Position numbers and translations under genes: made by a program. From contig CM059432.1 of the NCBI GenBank assembly GCA_030390025.1, positions 65,040,001 through 65,104,000 of the forward strand: DNA of 64,000 bases, written 5' to 3'. The stretch's first letter is position 1. Each line of letters opens with the position of its first letter. The notes under the pieces are model-generated. The model was not told the DNA's origin, did not search any database, and worked only from the letters and a program-made list of their open reading frames with translations. This document shows, piece after piece, positions 35,434 to 49,964 of this stretch. Source of the stretch: Squalus acanthias (Eukaryota).

Positions 35434-36450
35434 ATGGGTGCAGTAGTTTGTATCCCCCTTGGCCTGCAGCATGACAGGAAGAATGAGCAGAGGCAACACA
35501 GAGCAGGACAAGCTGCTAGAAGAGACAGGAGGAGGAGGGGGAGAAGGGCTCTCAGCAGGAGGCCATATCCACCCAGGGTCTTCAGGGAGCGATTCTGCTA
35601 CCTCAACCTCAGTGAGGAACAGTGCATTAGATGTCTCAGTTTTACTAAGGAGGTGATCACTGAAATCTGCCACTTGCTGCAGGCAGACCTGCAGCCTCAG
35701 TCCAGGGTGAGAACGGCATTGCCAGTAGCTGTAAAGGTGACCGTGGCCTTGAACCTCTTCGCATTGGGCTCCTTCCAAGCTGGAGTTGGCAACATCTGTA
35801 ACATCTTCCAGTTCGCCACCACTGCTGTATAAGGGTGGTGAGTGAGGCTCTGTATGCAAGGAGAGCTGAATATATTTCATTCTCTCTTGCCAGAGAGAAG
35901 CAAGTGGAGCGAAAATGCCGCTTCGCCAGGATACATATTTCCCTATTGACTGTACACACGTTGATTTGCGGGCGCCGCATCTCAATTTGGAGATGTACCA
36001 CAACCGGAAGGGATTCGACTCCCTCAATGTCCAGCTAGTGTGCGACCATACTCAGCGCATCATGTAAGTCATAGCTCGGCATCCTGGCAGCAGTCATGAT
36101 GCCTTCATTCTGTGGTAGTCCACTGTACCATCAGCATGTGAGTCACCACGACAAACCAGAGGGTGGCTACTGGGCAACAAGGGCTATTCGCTGACCACCT
36201 GGTTCATGACTCTGCTGTGCTACCCAACCACATGTGGGCAGCATGTATATAACAAAAGCCATGCTGCCTCATGGAATCTGATAGAGCAGACCATTGGCAT
36301 CCTTAAACAATGCTGCCGCTGCCTGGACCACTCTGGAGGAGCCCTACAGTACTCACCAGAGTGCGTCTCAAGATTCATCATGGTCTGCTGCATACTCCAC
36401 AAACTCGCCATCATGAGGGTACAGCCCTTGTCACCAGGCATATGGTGACC
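35434..36450 (+). pseudogene. Degenerate Harbinger DDE transposase
   Basis: YLNLSEEQC, ALPVAVKVTVALNLFALGSFQ, IDCTHV and IEQTIGILK...CCILH motifs; multiple frameshifts. Confidence 0.85.
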
Positions 36451-37420
36451 AGCTGAGGAGGAGAAGGAAAAGAGGAGGAAGCGGAAGAGGAGGAGGAAGC
36501 GGAAAGGGCACTTCAATGGGGTGGCCTACAGAAGAACGCTGATAGGTATGCACAATGAAATGCTTGGTGCATTGGCAGGACAGCACCTTTCTGCCCGGGA
36601 TGTCCGTGATTGAATCATTTCCTACGGTATGAGTGAATGCAACCCCAATTCCCCATTTAACATTAGTCCCACACCTTCCCTTCCCTCTGTTACTGACCAT
36701 GACAACATCCCCTTAGCCACAATGCTACAATAAAAGCAATCACAAAACAAACATTCCAAACCAATTTTATGAATCATACCATTACAATATTTCAATCAAA
36801 GTCATCTAAACACCCTTGTGCATTCCCTTAATGCTTATCTTCTGTGTGCCTTTGCCTGTCCTAGTGCTCCTGCGCAGTGCTGGCCCAGTGGCTGCAGCAT
36901 GACTGGTGGAAGGCTGTTGACTTTCAGTGGGGGGGACTGCAGATGGCCATGCAGGATGACCCCAAGCAGCTCTGGATCGAGTAGGCCAGGCTTCAGATTG
37001 CACCACCTCGGCATGGGTGGCAGCAGTCTTGCTGGCTGACAGGCACTGGGCAAGGGCACTGGGGGAGTAGCAGTGGTTGGAGGATGAATGCTGTCATCAT
37101 GAGAGAGGACAGCAGGTTCATCCTCCATGGAGTCACTGCCACTCCGTTGGGGCGGCGCCTCAGCTATCCTAGTAATCTGCTGGAGGACAGATTGCTGGAG
37201 CTGTGACATCCTGCAAGCCCCTTTCAACCCTGGTAAACCCAGCCATGATGGCAGCAGTCTGTGCTTGCGTGGCAGCACTCAGACATTGGGTGGCTTCTGC
37301 TTGTGCTTCAATAGAAGCTGAGACATCGGCCATCAGATGCTGCATGATGGTTGGTAATGGATCTGTCCACCCCTTCCACACTGGAAAGGATGGGCTCCAA
37401 GCTCTACCACCGCACCAGCT

Positions 37421-38170
37421 TAGAAACATAGAAACATAGAAACATAGAAAATAGGTACAGGAGTAGACCATTCGGTCCTTCGAGCCTGCACCGCCATTCA
37501 ATGCGTTCATGGCTGAACATGCTACCTCAGTACCCCATTCCTGCTTTCTCGCCATACCCCTTGATCCCCCTAGTTGTGAGTGTTATATCTAACTCCCTTT
37601 TGAATATATTTAGCGAGCTGGCCTCAACAACCTTCTGTGGAAGAGAATTCCATAGATTCACCACTCTCTGGGTGAAGAAGTTCCTCCTCAGCTCAGTCTT
37701 AAATGGCTTCCCCTTAATCCTTAGACTGTGACCCCTGGTTCTAGTTTTCCCTAACATTGGGAACATTCTGCCCGCATCTAATTTGTCTAAACCAGTCAGG
37801 ATTTTAAATGTCTCTATAAGATCCCCCCTCATTCTTCTGAACTCCAGAGGATACAAGTTCAGTTGACCCAATCTTTCTTGATATGTCAGTCCGGCCATCC
37901 CAGGAATCAATCTAGTGAACCTTCGCTGCACTCCCTCAATAGCAAGAATGTCCTTCCTTAAGTTAGGAGACCAAAACTGCGCACAATACTCCAGGTGTGG
38001 CCTCACCAAGGCCCTGTACAACTGCAGCATCACCTCCCTACTCCTGTACTCAAATCCCCTTACTATGAAGGCCATCATTCCGTTTGCTTTCTTGACTGCC
38101 TGCTGCACTTGCATTCCCACCTTCAGTGACTGATGTACCATGACGCCCAGGTCTCGTTGCACCTCCCCGG
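37421..38170 (-). mobile_element. CR1 3' fragment with a (TAGAAACA)n tail
   Basis: ORF 37527-38162 is nearly identical to the C-terminus of ORF 59288-60982; 8-bp tandem tail. Confidence 0.92.
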
Positions 38171-38744
38171 TGGTCTCGGATTGGGTGGATTCCTGCAGTC
38201 TGCGGCAGTGGTCACTTCCGTTGGGTCGTCCCTCGAGCTGTTGGAGGTGTTAGGCCGTCAGCCACCTCAGAGGCTAAACTTGACCAAGGAGTTAGGCCGT
38301 AGCCACCTCGGGGAACCCTTCGCCCCTAACTGCCTGATTTCCTCTCTCGGTCGTCTATATTTATAGTTATTTCGGTGGGCTGGTGGATGCCTCGTGTCAA
38401 TCATTTGTTCCCCATCCTATTGTCCAATTACAAGGGAGAGGCTACCTATGACAGGCCCCTCCCAGCCTCATGAGGTAATTTTCCTCCTTATCTCTGTTTT
38501 AAAGGTCTTATTGCCCTCTTTGTAGATGGCTTGTTTATCCTACAGCTCCTTGCTGCATCCCATATCAGGCCTAGTTATGCCCACTCGAAGGCCTGTTTTT
38601 TGTGTTCCAGCCTTGTAATTCAACTCTCTGTACAGCTATTTTTCTGACGTGACTGGAATCTTTCTGTGTCATCAACTTAGGCAAACTGCTGATCTAGGGA
38701 ACCCGTAACAGACTATTATATCTTTCAATCCACGATTTCTTACA
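38171..38744. mobile_element. Possible truncated solo LTR
   Basis: Matches neither Harbinger nor CR1 and ends in TTACA. CAGC flanks the composite insert (37416-37419 and 38745-38748). Confidence 0.35.
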
Positions 38745-39514
38745 CAGCGCCGTCGCTGGCCACGGCCTCAGTCACAGCCACTCCAATTTTGCTGAGCATC
38801 GTCTCTTCGAGTGGGGTCAGGATATGGAGGCACCCCTGTCCCTCTCCAGTTAGCTGCAGCTGCCTACGATTGTGTGCCACCTTGTCCTGCAAGACAATGG
38901 TTGAATAGCTGGCAGTGTGTGCCAGCTGTGAGATGTGGGTGTGAGGCTTGCAGCAGTGGTAAGGGTGTGAGTGTGAGATGGAGCACGTGAATGTGAGCTA
39001 TGAGTTATGATTGATAGAGATTGTTGGTAGGTGAGGCTAGTTGTGTAGTTTGTGGGATATGGCATTTGAAGATGAATTCACTGACCTTGACCACTCACGG
39101 GAGGTCATTAAACTTCTTGTGGCACTGTATCCAGGTCCTCAGGGCTACACTGCTCTCATTGACCACGACGGCTGTCTGGTCCCAATGCCTTCTCAAAGTT
39201 TGTCTGCTGGGCCTCCTGGTCCCCTGTGGATAGAGGACCTCTCTTCTCCTGTGCATCTCCGCACCAAGGCCCCCAGTGCTGCGTCTGAAAATCTGGGAGT
39301 TCTCTCTCTGCCATGTTGCGCCATCACTCAGTTTTCTTGCTCCTCAGTTTGTTTTCCAGCCACTTCCACCACCTGCTGAAGCCAGAATGCACCTCCCCTT
39401 TAAGACATGGTGGCTAGCTTTAATTGGTGCTAGCCTCAAACTTGGGATCCCTGCTGAGGCGCTAAGCCAATGAACAGCGCAATTAGTGCTTCCTTACCGC
39501 TGCAATCATTTTAT

Positions 39515-42500
39515 TTAGCAGGCAGGAGACTGGAAGGAGTGGACCTGGAGGGAGCACAAAGAGAGCTGAGCAGTTAAAAGGAGCAGTCCCAAGCAGCAGG
39601 AGCCATGAGACTGGAAGGAGTGCACCTGGAGGGAGCTCAGCGAGTGCAGAGCAGTTAAAAGGAGCGGCAGCAACTCAACAGAGGCAGTTTTTGAAAAAGT
39701 GACGCCAGAGTAAAAACAGTGACATCGGCACATGTGAAGGAACTGATTGGTGAGTAGCTGGTGAGTGTATTTTTTTTTAAGTTTATTTTTGCTGGATTAG
39801 TTCTTAGTCTATTAAATAGAGGCATGGCAGGGCAGCTCAGTCCCGTGGAGTGCACATCCTGTGTCATGTGGGAAGTCCTGGATGCTTCGCGTAGCCTGGA
39901 CGACCACATGTGCGGGAAGTGTCGCCAGCTACAGCAACTCGAGTTCCGGGTTTCGGAGCTTGAGCGGCGGCTGGAGTCACTGCAGTGCATCCGCGAGACT
40001 GAAAGTTATGTGGATAGCACGTTTCTAGAGATGGTCACCCTGAAGCTTAAGAGTATGCAGGCAGAAACGGAATGGGTGACCGCCAGACAGAAGAGGAGGA
40101 CCAGGCAGGTAGTGCAGGAGTCCCCGGAGTGCATCGCGCTCTCCAACCAGTATTCCGTTCTGAGTACTGGTGAGGGCGATGGTTCCTCTGGGGAGTGCAG
40201 CCAAAGTCAAGTCCACGGCACCACGGATGGCTCAGCTGCACAGGGGAGGAGGAAAATGAGTGGAAAGCAATAGTGGTAGGGGATTCGATAGTTAGGGGGG
40301 CAGGTAGGCATTTCTGCAGCTGTAGACGTGACACCAAGCCTCCCTGGTGCCAGGGTCAAGGATGTCACTGAGCGGCTGCAGGACACTCTGAGGGGGAGGG
40401 TGAACAGCCAGAGGTCATTGTCCATATCTGTACCAATGACATAGGCAGAAAGAGAGATGAGGTCCTGAAGGCAGAGTTTAGGGAGCTAGGAGAGAGATTA
40501 AAAAGCAGGTCCTCAAAGGTAGTAATCTCCGGAATACTCCCAGTGCCACGTGCTAGTGAGTACAGGAATAGGAGGATAGAACAGATGAATGCATGGCTGG
40601 AGAGATGGTGCAGGCAGGAGGGATTTAGATTCCTGAGGCATTGGGACCATTTCTGGGGAAGGTGGGACCTGTACAAGCCGGACAGGTTACACCTCAACGG
40701 AGCTGGGACCAATATTCTCACGGGGAGGTTTGTTAGTGCTGTTGGGGAGGGTTTAAACTAGCTTGGCAGGGGGATGGGCACCAGCATATAGGAGTAGAAA
40801 AGAGGAATAAGGTGCATAAAAGAGTGAGTGTGTTGGATAGTACTAGAGAAGGTAGTACTAGAGGCGGAAGTAATAACATATTAGATAGGAGCAGACTAAG
40901 AAAGACTCCGAAAAATTCAAAAATGTGTTTAAAATGCATGTACGTAAACGCACAAAGTGTGGTGACTAAGGTTGGTGAGCTACAAGCACAATTAGCTGTG
41001 TGGCAATATGATGTTGTGGCAATAATGGAAACGTAGCTTAAAAACGGTGAGGACTGGGCACTTAATATTCAAGAGTACAAGGTGTTCAGAAAAGATAGGG
41101 AAGGAAAAAAGGGAGGTGGGGTGGCAGTGCTGATTAAGGAAGACATTGTAGTGTTAGAAAGGGAGGATGTTCTTGAGGGGACAAGGACAGAATCCATTTG
41201 GTTAGAGTTGTGGAGCAAAAAGGGTATGATCACTCTATTGGGGGTATTCTATAGGCCTCCAAATAGTGAGAGGGAGGTACAGGAGCAAATATGCAGGGAA
41301 GTCTCAGAGATATGCAAGAGCTATAGAGCGGTGATATTGGGGGACTTTAATAACCCAAATATTGATTGGGATAATGCTAGGGTAAAGGGAAAGGAGGGGG
41401 AGGAATTTCTGAAATGTGTTCAGGAGAATTTCCTTGACCAATATGTTCTTGGCCCAACTAGGAAGGAGGCATTGCTGGATCTGGTGCTGGGGAATGAGGT
41501 GGGCCAGGTCGCCCAAGTGTCTGTGGGAGAACACTTGGGTACGAGTGATCATCGTATCATAAGATTTAGATTAGCAATGGAGAGGAGCAAGGAACAATCT
41601 AGAGTGGAGCTTCTAAACTGGACTAGGGCTAACTTCAATGGGATGCGAAAGGCTCTAACCAGGGTAAAATGGAACCAAAGACTGACAGGAAAAACTGTAA
41701 TGGAACAATGGGTGATCTTTAAGGAGGAGATGTTCCAAGTACAGGCTAGGTACATTCCAACAAAGGGGAAGGGTAAGGGAACCAATGCAAGGGCTCCTTG
41801 GATGACGAGGGAGATAGAGACGATGATGAAACAAAAAGAGGGTGTATGATGCATGTCAGGTGAATTCTTCAAGGGAGAACCAGACCAAATACAATCAGTT
41901 GAGAGGAGATGTGAAGATGAAAGTAAGATTGGCAAAGAGAGTATATCAGAGTAGAATGGCGGTTAACATAAAAGGGAACCCAAAAATCTTCTACCAGCAT
42001 GTAAACAGTAAGCGGGTAGTAAGAGACAGGGTGGGACCTATAAGAGACAAAGAAGGTGATATATGCTTAGAGGCACAGGGCAAGGCTAGAATACTCAATG
42101 AGTACTTTGCATCGGTGTTTACCAAGGAGGTGGATGCTGACAAAATATCGGTAGAAGTGGAAAAGGTAGAAGCAATGGAAGGGGCGAAAATTGATAGAGA
42201 GGATGTACTAGAAAGGCTGGGTATGCTCAGAGTGGACAAGTCGCCTGGTCGAGATGGCTTGCATCCCAGATTGCTAAGGGAATTGGGGGAGGAGTAGCGG
42301 AAGGGCTTGCCATAATTTGCCAATCTTCCCTAGATGCGGGGGAGGTGCCTGAGGATTGGAAAGTGGCAAATGTGACACCATTGTTCAAGAACGGGTGTAA
42401 GGACAATCCTAGTAACTACAGGCTGGTCAGTTTAACATCAGTGGTGGGTAAAGTTTATGAAACAATAATGAAGGAAAAATTAACGGGCACTTGGAGAGGT

Positions 42501-43805
42501 TTAAGCTAATTAAGCAGAGCCAACACGGATTTGTAAAAGGCAAATCATGTTTGACTAATCTAATTGAATTTTTTGATGAAGTAGCAGAGAGGTTTGATGA
42601 AGGGAATGCAATGGATGTTGTCTACATGGATTTTTGGAAGGCGTTTGACAAAGTACCACATAGAAGGCTGGTTAACAAAATTGAGGCTCATGGAATAGGT
42701 GGGTCAGTGGCAGCTTGGATAAGGAATTGGCTTAAGGACAGAAAACAGTGAGTTGTGGTAAATGGCTGTTTTTCAGACTGGAGGATGGTAGACAGTGGTG
42801 TTCCCCAAGGGTCAGTGCTGGGGCCACTGCTTTTTTTGATATATATAAATGACCTGGATATTGGAATACAGAGTAGAATTTCTAAATTTGCCGATGACAC
42901 CAATCTTGGGAGTGCAGCAACAGTGATGATGATACCAATCGACTGCAACAGGACATAGAAAGGCTAGCAGAATGGGCAGACAAGTGGCAGGTGGAATTTA
43001 ATAGAGAAGTGTGAGGTGATGCATTTTGGCAGAAGGAACAGGGAGAGGCAATATACACTTAATGGCACAGCATTAAAGAGTGTGCAGGGACAGAGGGACC
43101 TGGGAGTTAATGTGCATAGGTCCCTGAAGGTGGCAGGAAATATTGAGAGAGTGGTTAACAAAGCATATGGGATCTTGGGCTTCATAAGTAGAGGTATTGA
43201 GTACAAAAGTAGAGAAGTTTTGCTGAACCTTTATAAAGCGCTGGTTAGGCCACAACTGGAGTATTGCATCCAGTTCTGGTCACCACACTTTAGGAAGGAT
43301 GTGAAGGCCCTTGAGAGGGTGCAGAGGAGATTTACCAGAATAGTTCCAGGGATGGGGAATCTTAGTTACTAGGACAGGTTGGAGAAGCTGGATTTGTTTT
43401 CATTAGAGCAAAGGAGGTTGAGGAGTGATTTGATAGAGGTGTACAAGATTATGATGGGTTTGGATAGGCTAGACGGGGAAAGGCTGTTCCCACTAGTTGA
43501 TGGTACAAGGACTAGGGGACACAGATTTAAGGTTTTGGGCAAAAGATACAGGGGGGATGTGAGGAAAAACTTTTTTATGCAGCTAGTGGTGATGACCTGG
43601 AACTCGCTGCCGACAGAAGTGGTGGAGGCGGAGACTCTCAATGTTTTCAAGGGGAGACTGGATAGGCACTTGAGGGAAATAAACTTGCAGAGCTACGGGG
43701 ATACAGCGGGGGAATGGGACTGACTGGATTGCTCTACAGAGAGCCGGCACGGACTCGATGGGCCGAATGGCCTCCTTCTGTGCTGTTATGACTCTCTGAC
43801 TCTAT
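39515..43805 (+). mobile_element. Full-length CR1 LINE (ORF1 zinc finger, coiled coil and SGNH esterase from ATG 39824; ORF2 APE endonuclease + RT), disrupted
   Basis: CTSC/CGKC, VGDS and DRLHLN in ORF1; GGGVAVLI, YRPP, GDFN, SDH and FADD in ORF2; tandem 5' UTR repeats; several stops. Confidence 0.95.
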
Positions 43806-46053
43806 GCAGCATGAAGTTTGCATGCAGCCTGCCTCAGACTCAATGGGAGCATGCTATTCGCGCATCATGATACCCGCTCCCATTTTCGGACCTTATCCAA
43901 TTTCTAGGCCATAGAATCTTGCTCTAATTATTTCCAATTACATATTTACTAGACTTGCTTTTTGTAAATCAGATCTATCTACATCAATTTATAGTAGTTT
44001 TGCATATAGCTCAAGTCCATCATAGTTCATATGTCACATTCAGCATCTGATAAAAGACAGATTAATATTTTGGATAGAGACACTTCCTCAGAGTATTAAA
44101 ATAGAAAGAATGGAATTTTGGACATTTAAGGATCAGTTCTCACTTTACTAATTGTTAACATTTTATTCTTGATTAATTAGCCTCATTAAGGATAATGCTC
44201 TAAACTTTAGGATTGGTTTTGTTTGTTGTGCTGAGATATGGTTCATTTTGGTTAAAGCAACTGATTAGCTGCCTCAGCAATTAATGAATAAAATGCATTA
44301 TCTCCTTTTAAATTAAGTGGAATTCTGGCCATTGATGTAAAATAATGACTGAATCATTTGAAATTACATGTGAAATACATATGGATGGCAATTTCTTTTG
44401 TGTTGCACATCAAGCAACAAAGCAAATAGTGGAGCTGAAAATCTGTGGCACACTGCTGCTGTCAGTCTTCCGGGAGTATAATGGTGGGGTCAGAAATTGG
44501 GCCAGGACCAGGACCCATCTTATCCGCGTCCTGGCTCTGCTCTAAGTTTCTGGGAGTGGTGGGGCGGAGGCGAGGTGGCGGTGCAGAGTCTCCATCTGTC
44601 CAAAATATCGCCCTTGACATTAAAGGGAGGGAATTCACAGGCTGAGAATTACCTCATCTTCAGTCTGGGTTATGCTGAGCAGCCGGTATGCTGGACCCAA
44701 CCAGGAATACTAACCCCTACACTGATGTAATTGGGGTTCAAATGGGAGTCCAGGCCTGAGTCTAGTGGCTATCTAGTGAAAAACTAATGGCTACCCAGCA
44801 CTGCTTTACTTGCTCCCACCCCTCTGCCGAATGGCTAAGTTGTGCCCATAACGGTGCAGGTGCCACTGGCAGTATGCAAAGATAGTGACTGCCCCCTGAA
44901 TCCAAATGCTTTTGCATCAAGAGTGGATGTTAGCAGCAGGTGTCCCCAGCAGTTATGCCAGCGGCATATTCCCACAGATTTTCAGGGCCAGAATGTTAAA
45001 TTATGCAGTGAAAACAATAGAATACAAGTCAGAGCTAAATTACCAGCTAAAAAATTATCCCGCTTTTCTTTCTAAGCTCCTCATTGTTGCCATCTATGAC
45101 TCCATTTTGTCTTTCCATCAGAACAGTAAAATGGCTTCATGGCAGATTTCTCTGTAGGTTTGACAAATGCTGCTTTGTATCTGCTGACATAAGATGTATT
45201 TCTGTTCCTGTCACTTTTTTTGAAGTGAACTACCTCTTGTGTAATGTTCCATCCAATAGATCCAACCCAACCAGAAAAAGCAAAATCTTACTTTGTGAAG
45301 GCACATCAACTAAAATATCAGTTGAGGCCACAAGTTTTCCGCCTTTTGAGTTTGGATTTATAACGCGCTGCTCAATTGCGAAACCCGCTGCTTAACTTAA
45401 CGTGTTGGGCTGACTCCTCCTCTTTAGGGTGGAGTTTTGGTAGAGTGACACTGCCGCTCACCCCTCCATGTTTGCCCAAGCAGGGACGCCACTGTAGCAC
45501 CAGTAGAGCCGATGAGCGGTTTAAAGGGGCATAAGCACCCTGAAGATTTGAATGAGGCCTCCCACTGAAGGGGCCGGCTGGAGGGAGAGAAGAACTCTAC
45601 AAAGCCCAATCCCTCCATTTGGATATTTACCCCAAATTCCTGGGGCTTACCACCACCTTCCGTCATGGCAGACCCGGGAAGTGGTGGTAAGTGTGGCGGA
45701 GAGCAGGAAAATCCATTCGGACCTCTGGCCCTGCCGCTATTTACATGTGATGGGTGGAAGGAGTGGGGAAACGGCGGTCCCTGCCGAGGGGGTGGGGGGG
45801 CACAGAACCTCGTTCAGGCAGTGAGGAAGCAGTAGGCCTTACAACCCAAATATTCCAACACTCTCCACCTGATTCACCTTTTTATGTTTAATGAGTGTAC
45901 TTTGCTGTTTGCAAAGGTGACATATTTATCTGTATAGTGCATCACATTCTCACTTCTATATTTTTGATTACCTATACATGACCTCCAAATCAGCAGGTGT
46001 CAATCTATGACAGCTGATTATCTCCATTCTCCCCCCTCAAAAATACCAAACAT

Positions 46054-46434
46054 AATATTTTGTTTATATCTAGAAAGCCATAAAAATTATTGCAAATAAG
46101 CTTGCTACTAGAAATCATGAACAGAACACAAATTAATACAGCAACTATTAAGGTACTTTAAAAACAAGGCGGCTATCAAATTTCCCAATCACAGAAACCA
46201 GGGACTAAATGGACTCAGTTACATGAAGCTTAATAGGCTCAGTCTGATTGATAATTTAGAAAGTTGTTTTATTTAACCAATTTTCATGGAATAACTGCTT
46301 TTACAACTAGTTTTTGGCAATCCTAATTAAAGACTATCTGGTTTAGAAAGCTTCCAATAACTTCCGAGAAACAAAAATATCAATTTTTAAAAAGCTTGTC
46401 AACAGTGTCAACACAAGTTGCTATTTTTCACTGA
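46054..46434 (+). repeat. About 380-bp AT-rich direct repeat, copy 2
   Basis: Matches 12611-12987. Confidence 0.9.
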
Positions 46435-46552
46435 CAAATCAAAATGGCATGCTTACACTTAATTTTGCTAACCGTATAAACAATTCTCCAATCTGAATGA
46501 TTAAATGGAAAGATATTTTTAACACCATTTGCATTATAGCATGTACTAGGTA

Positions 46553-46916
46553 CAGGAAACTCTTTATTAACCGGCACCGACGGGACCGGCGTGGTGCCGG
46601 TTAATCAAAAAGTCCGGATAATGGAGAGTTATATCTCCCAACGTACGAGAGCCCCATACACACTGACATGCGCCTGCATTCGGAGCTCTGTCTCCCCGGG
46701 GACCGCCAGCTGACCATCTGTCATGTCCGCTGCCTACCCGGGCTGCACATTCCCCTCCCAATCTACATGCTCCGATACAAGGCAAATGCCTCGGGGTTTT
46801 TTTTAAAGTTATTTTTAAAGGAGAGATGAAGTGAAACCCCGGTTACCTACTCAAGAATTTTGCCGGTTAAGAGAGATTTCCGGTTATTTGGGTGCCGGTT
46901 AAAAGAGAGTTTCCTG
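46553..46916. mobile_element. Tc1/mariner (Tigger/pogo-type) MITE
   Basis: TA TSD; 26-bp TIRs CAGGAAACTCTTTATTAACCGGCACC / GGTGCCGGTTAAAAGAGAGTTTCCTG; subterminal CCGGTTA repeats. Confidence 0.85.
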
Positions 46917-47779
46917 TATAAAAATAAAGAAAAGGTCACAAACATAGCACTACACATGTAGATATATGGAAACAGCTGGGGTGTGGGACTATTTTGGACA
47001 GCTCTTTCGAAGAGGCAGCACAAGCATGACGGGCCGAATGGCCTCCTTCTGTGCTATAAGATTATATGATTCTATTCTATGATTCCAAACAATCTCATAC
47101 AAATTCAAACATTGGGGGAAGTGTTTTTGTATCAGGACTGTTACTGTTTTGTGCAAATGCAACATAACTTATTGAGATAAAGATATTCACCTTTACTTAC
47201 AACAGTAATATACTACATTTGAACATGATGCTCCAAAAATAGTAGCTTGATCAAGAGGTTGCTCATATTTAAAACTTTCCAAAGAAAGCACTACAGTTGC
47301 CTTCACGTTAAAATTGTTTAATAGTCTGCATTTTGCTGACACTACAGACAAAATGCAATCACTGAAATATACTCAGACCAAGCATAATTTTCAGAGACAA
47401 CATCAGTGTCATAGTACCATTGTACCTTTATAAAAAGTCATATATAACCTACAGTACATTTTGTTGTACACTACAGCCATAGCTGGTATGCAGAGGGCCT
47501 TTACATTATATGAAAAGAAAAATGTACATGAATGTTATTACATAGAATTAACAGCACAGAAACAGGCATTCAGCCCAACAGGTCTATGCTGGTGTTTATG
47601 CTTCACACGTGCCTCCTCCCACCCTACTTCACCTAACCTTATCAGCATATCCTTCTATTCCTTACTCCCTCACATGTTTATCTAGCTTCCTCTTAAATGC
47701 ATCGATGAGGAGAGACTTGAGACACTGAGATTATTTCAATGGAGCAGAGAAGGCTAAGAAGAGAATTAATAAAAGGTGT

Positions 47780-47960
47780 CAGCTGTGGCTTAGTGATAGC
47801 ACTCTTGCTTCTGAGTCAGTAGGTTGTGGGTTCAAGTCCCACTCCAGAGACTTTAAAACAAAAAACAGGTAGACATAAAAGATCCCATGGCACTATTTCA
47901 ATAGAAGAGCAGGGGAGTTCTACCCAGTGTCCTGGCCAATATTTATCCCTCAACCAACAT
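47780..47960 (+). mobile_element. tRNA-derived SINE head with an internally deleted body
   Basis: A box TGGCTTAGTGATAG and B box GGTTCAAGTCC, followed by sequence shared with 390-620. Confidence 0.7.
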
Positions 47961-49370
47961 CAAATATTGGAGCAAAAAACTTTCTGTATTCAGTGCTGTT
48001 CATGTATATGAATAATATTGGCATTAATTTTAAAAAAGCAATACCGCATTTGCAAATATGAACACTATGTACTCTAAGGGGTGACATCAATGCCTGATAA
48101 GATTTTTTCAGATCTAGATTTTTATTTGGTTGTGTGCATTAAAAGTTAAAATTAAAATTACTATTTAAAATACAATCACTTATGAATATATGAAGATGAA
48201 TAACATATTGCATCTACAATGAATGCACAAAAAGAACCAAATCTGGTGTATAAATGGCTTTCACTGCTGATACCAAACATCAACGAATACTGACATTCTT
48301 AAAGCACCGAGGTCTCAGATACCAATCCGCCCATAAACTTGGAACTTTTCTTTAAAATAATATCAATTATTCTTCAAGAAGGAACAGTACTGTTTTGTAG
48401 CTGTAAATTTCCACTTGTGTGTAGCACCGTAGGTCAAAGTATATATTGTCACATAAAACATGTTCTTCATGCTTATGAAATATAGGTATATTAATGTATT
48501 TTAGTGACATTTAAAATATTCACTGTACAATGTTTAAAATTATATATAAAGATTGTTATTTAATTACTTTAATAACAGGCTTTATAACTGAGCATCTCAA
48601 ATGTTACATCAAATCAGTGTTATATTTGGTACTATGGTTGACTTGTTACAAAACTTTATATAAAATTAGAAAATAAAAATATAATCCGACAATAATTAAT
48701 TTGAGGCATAATGATCAGCACCATATTTGTGCACAATACATCCCTGGCTTTGTGCAGCTGTGAGGTACATTTGGTAGAATGAAGACAATGGGTCTTTACA
48801 CAATCACCATCATGGCCTTTGAAGCTTCCTCATAAACAATAATCGATCCACACAGTTGGAAAATGCCAAATGGTTAGTCTTTGGACAGTGTATGTGAAGA
48901 CAACATAATCACTTCTCAGTGAATGTTACCTTAATATTTATCACTGCTTCAAATAATAAATTAATAAAAAAATGTAAATCATAACTGTGGTATCTATGTA
49001 ATGAGTTTTTAAATGATAAGATATCTTGACACAATGATAAACAGTGATGCTTTTTAAACAAATGACTACATTCTTGTAGTGTGAGCAGTTTAATATTAGA
49101 ACTGCAAGTAGTTTTGTTCCGTAATTCATTGCTGAGGGCCACTTTAGTACTTTGATTAAACTGACTCGTTCTCTCAAATGAGACATTGCTTAATGTAAGA
49201 AAAGGGACTAGTGCAGAGTGCCAGCAGTGGCCAAAATGTGACCAGAAAGTTCTATTTTTTCCCTGTCTTTGTTTGTTATCCAGACATCAGTAGACCATGC
49301 AAGAGTTTGAGAAACATTTTGTTCTTTTTTTCCAAAGTAGTTTTCTTTTTTCCCAGAGCTGCACAGAAGA

Positions 49371-49484
49371 TCATTTTCTGCTTTCTGACTTTGTGCAGAC
49401 AGGACAACATCTCCCTTTCTTTTTGGTAGATTTGGTGCACTTGAGAAGGGGACATTTCTCCACATAGCAGGTCACCTGGCCATC
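49371..49484 (-). CDS. PXDNL: Last coding exon of a peroxidasin-family gene (C-terminal half of the VWC domain)
   Basis: Acceptor TTCTTTTTTCCAG, then DGQVTCYVEKCPLLKCTKSTKKKGRCCPVCTKSESRK*. An AU-rich 3' UTR follows, with a candidate AATAAA at 48126-48121. Confidence 0.85.
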   Translation of the reverse strand, partial: DGQVTCYVEKCPLLKCTKSTKKKGRCCPVCTKSESRK

Positions 49485-49964
49485 CTGGAAAAAAGAATCA
49501 GCAGAATAAGCATTAAGGGTTTCCTACAGTTGTATTGATTGTCAACACGTATTGCACATTCCTGTGGGAAAACTGCATTTCACTCAAACATCTTAGTCGT
49601 AGATTCTCATTCTTCAAAAAGGTTCACAGTGGGAATTTATTCATGGTTATTTTTCACCTTATATCTACCTCAAGTGTATATTGAACCTGAATTATTAATT
49701 AGCCAGATTAATTCTTCATTGACTTATTTTAAAGGGAATATGTTCCCCTGTCTCTGGAGATTATATGAATGTACTAGCTGTCTAGAACAAACTATATTGT
49801 TAACCATAATGAGAGCATAGGGAGGGGGGGGGGGGGAACGAGGGGGGGGGGGGGATTTTTAATTGCTGGCTGCCCGTTTCTTAACTGAAAAATTGGCAGC
49901 CAGCTGTTGAAAATTAGGGGTGGGGGAATGCAGTTCAGCTTGCCAGCCCCTTGCAGGCCCAAGG

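Larger units (their letters stand above)
34954..43910. mobile_element. Second full-length Harbinger transposon, carrying nested CR1 insertions
   Basis: TIRs GGGCTAGAAATT / AATTTCTAGGCC with an ATA TSD. Transposase relic on + and Myb-like relic on - (about 39315 down to 36800). Confidence 0.85.

Noticed and set aside
39515..39680. Tandem ~70-bp repeats resembling an array
   Set aside because: They are CR1 5' UTR monomers with no unique spacers, so not CRISPR.
47780..47855. Possible tRNA gene
   Set aside because: It continues into a SINE body and has no clean acceptor stem, so it is a SINE head.
49208..49465. 85-aa ORF MWRNVPF...
   Set aside because: It is the wrong frame of the real VWC exon and its UTR.
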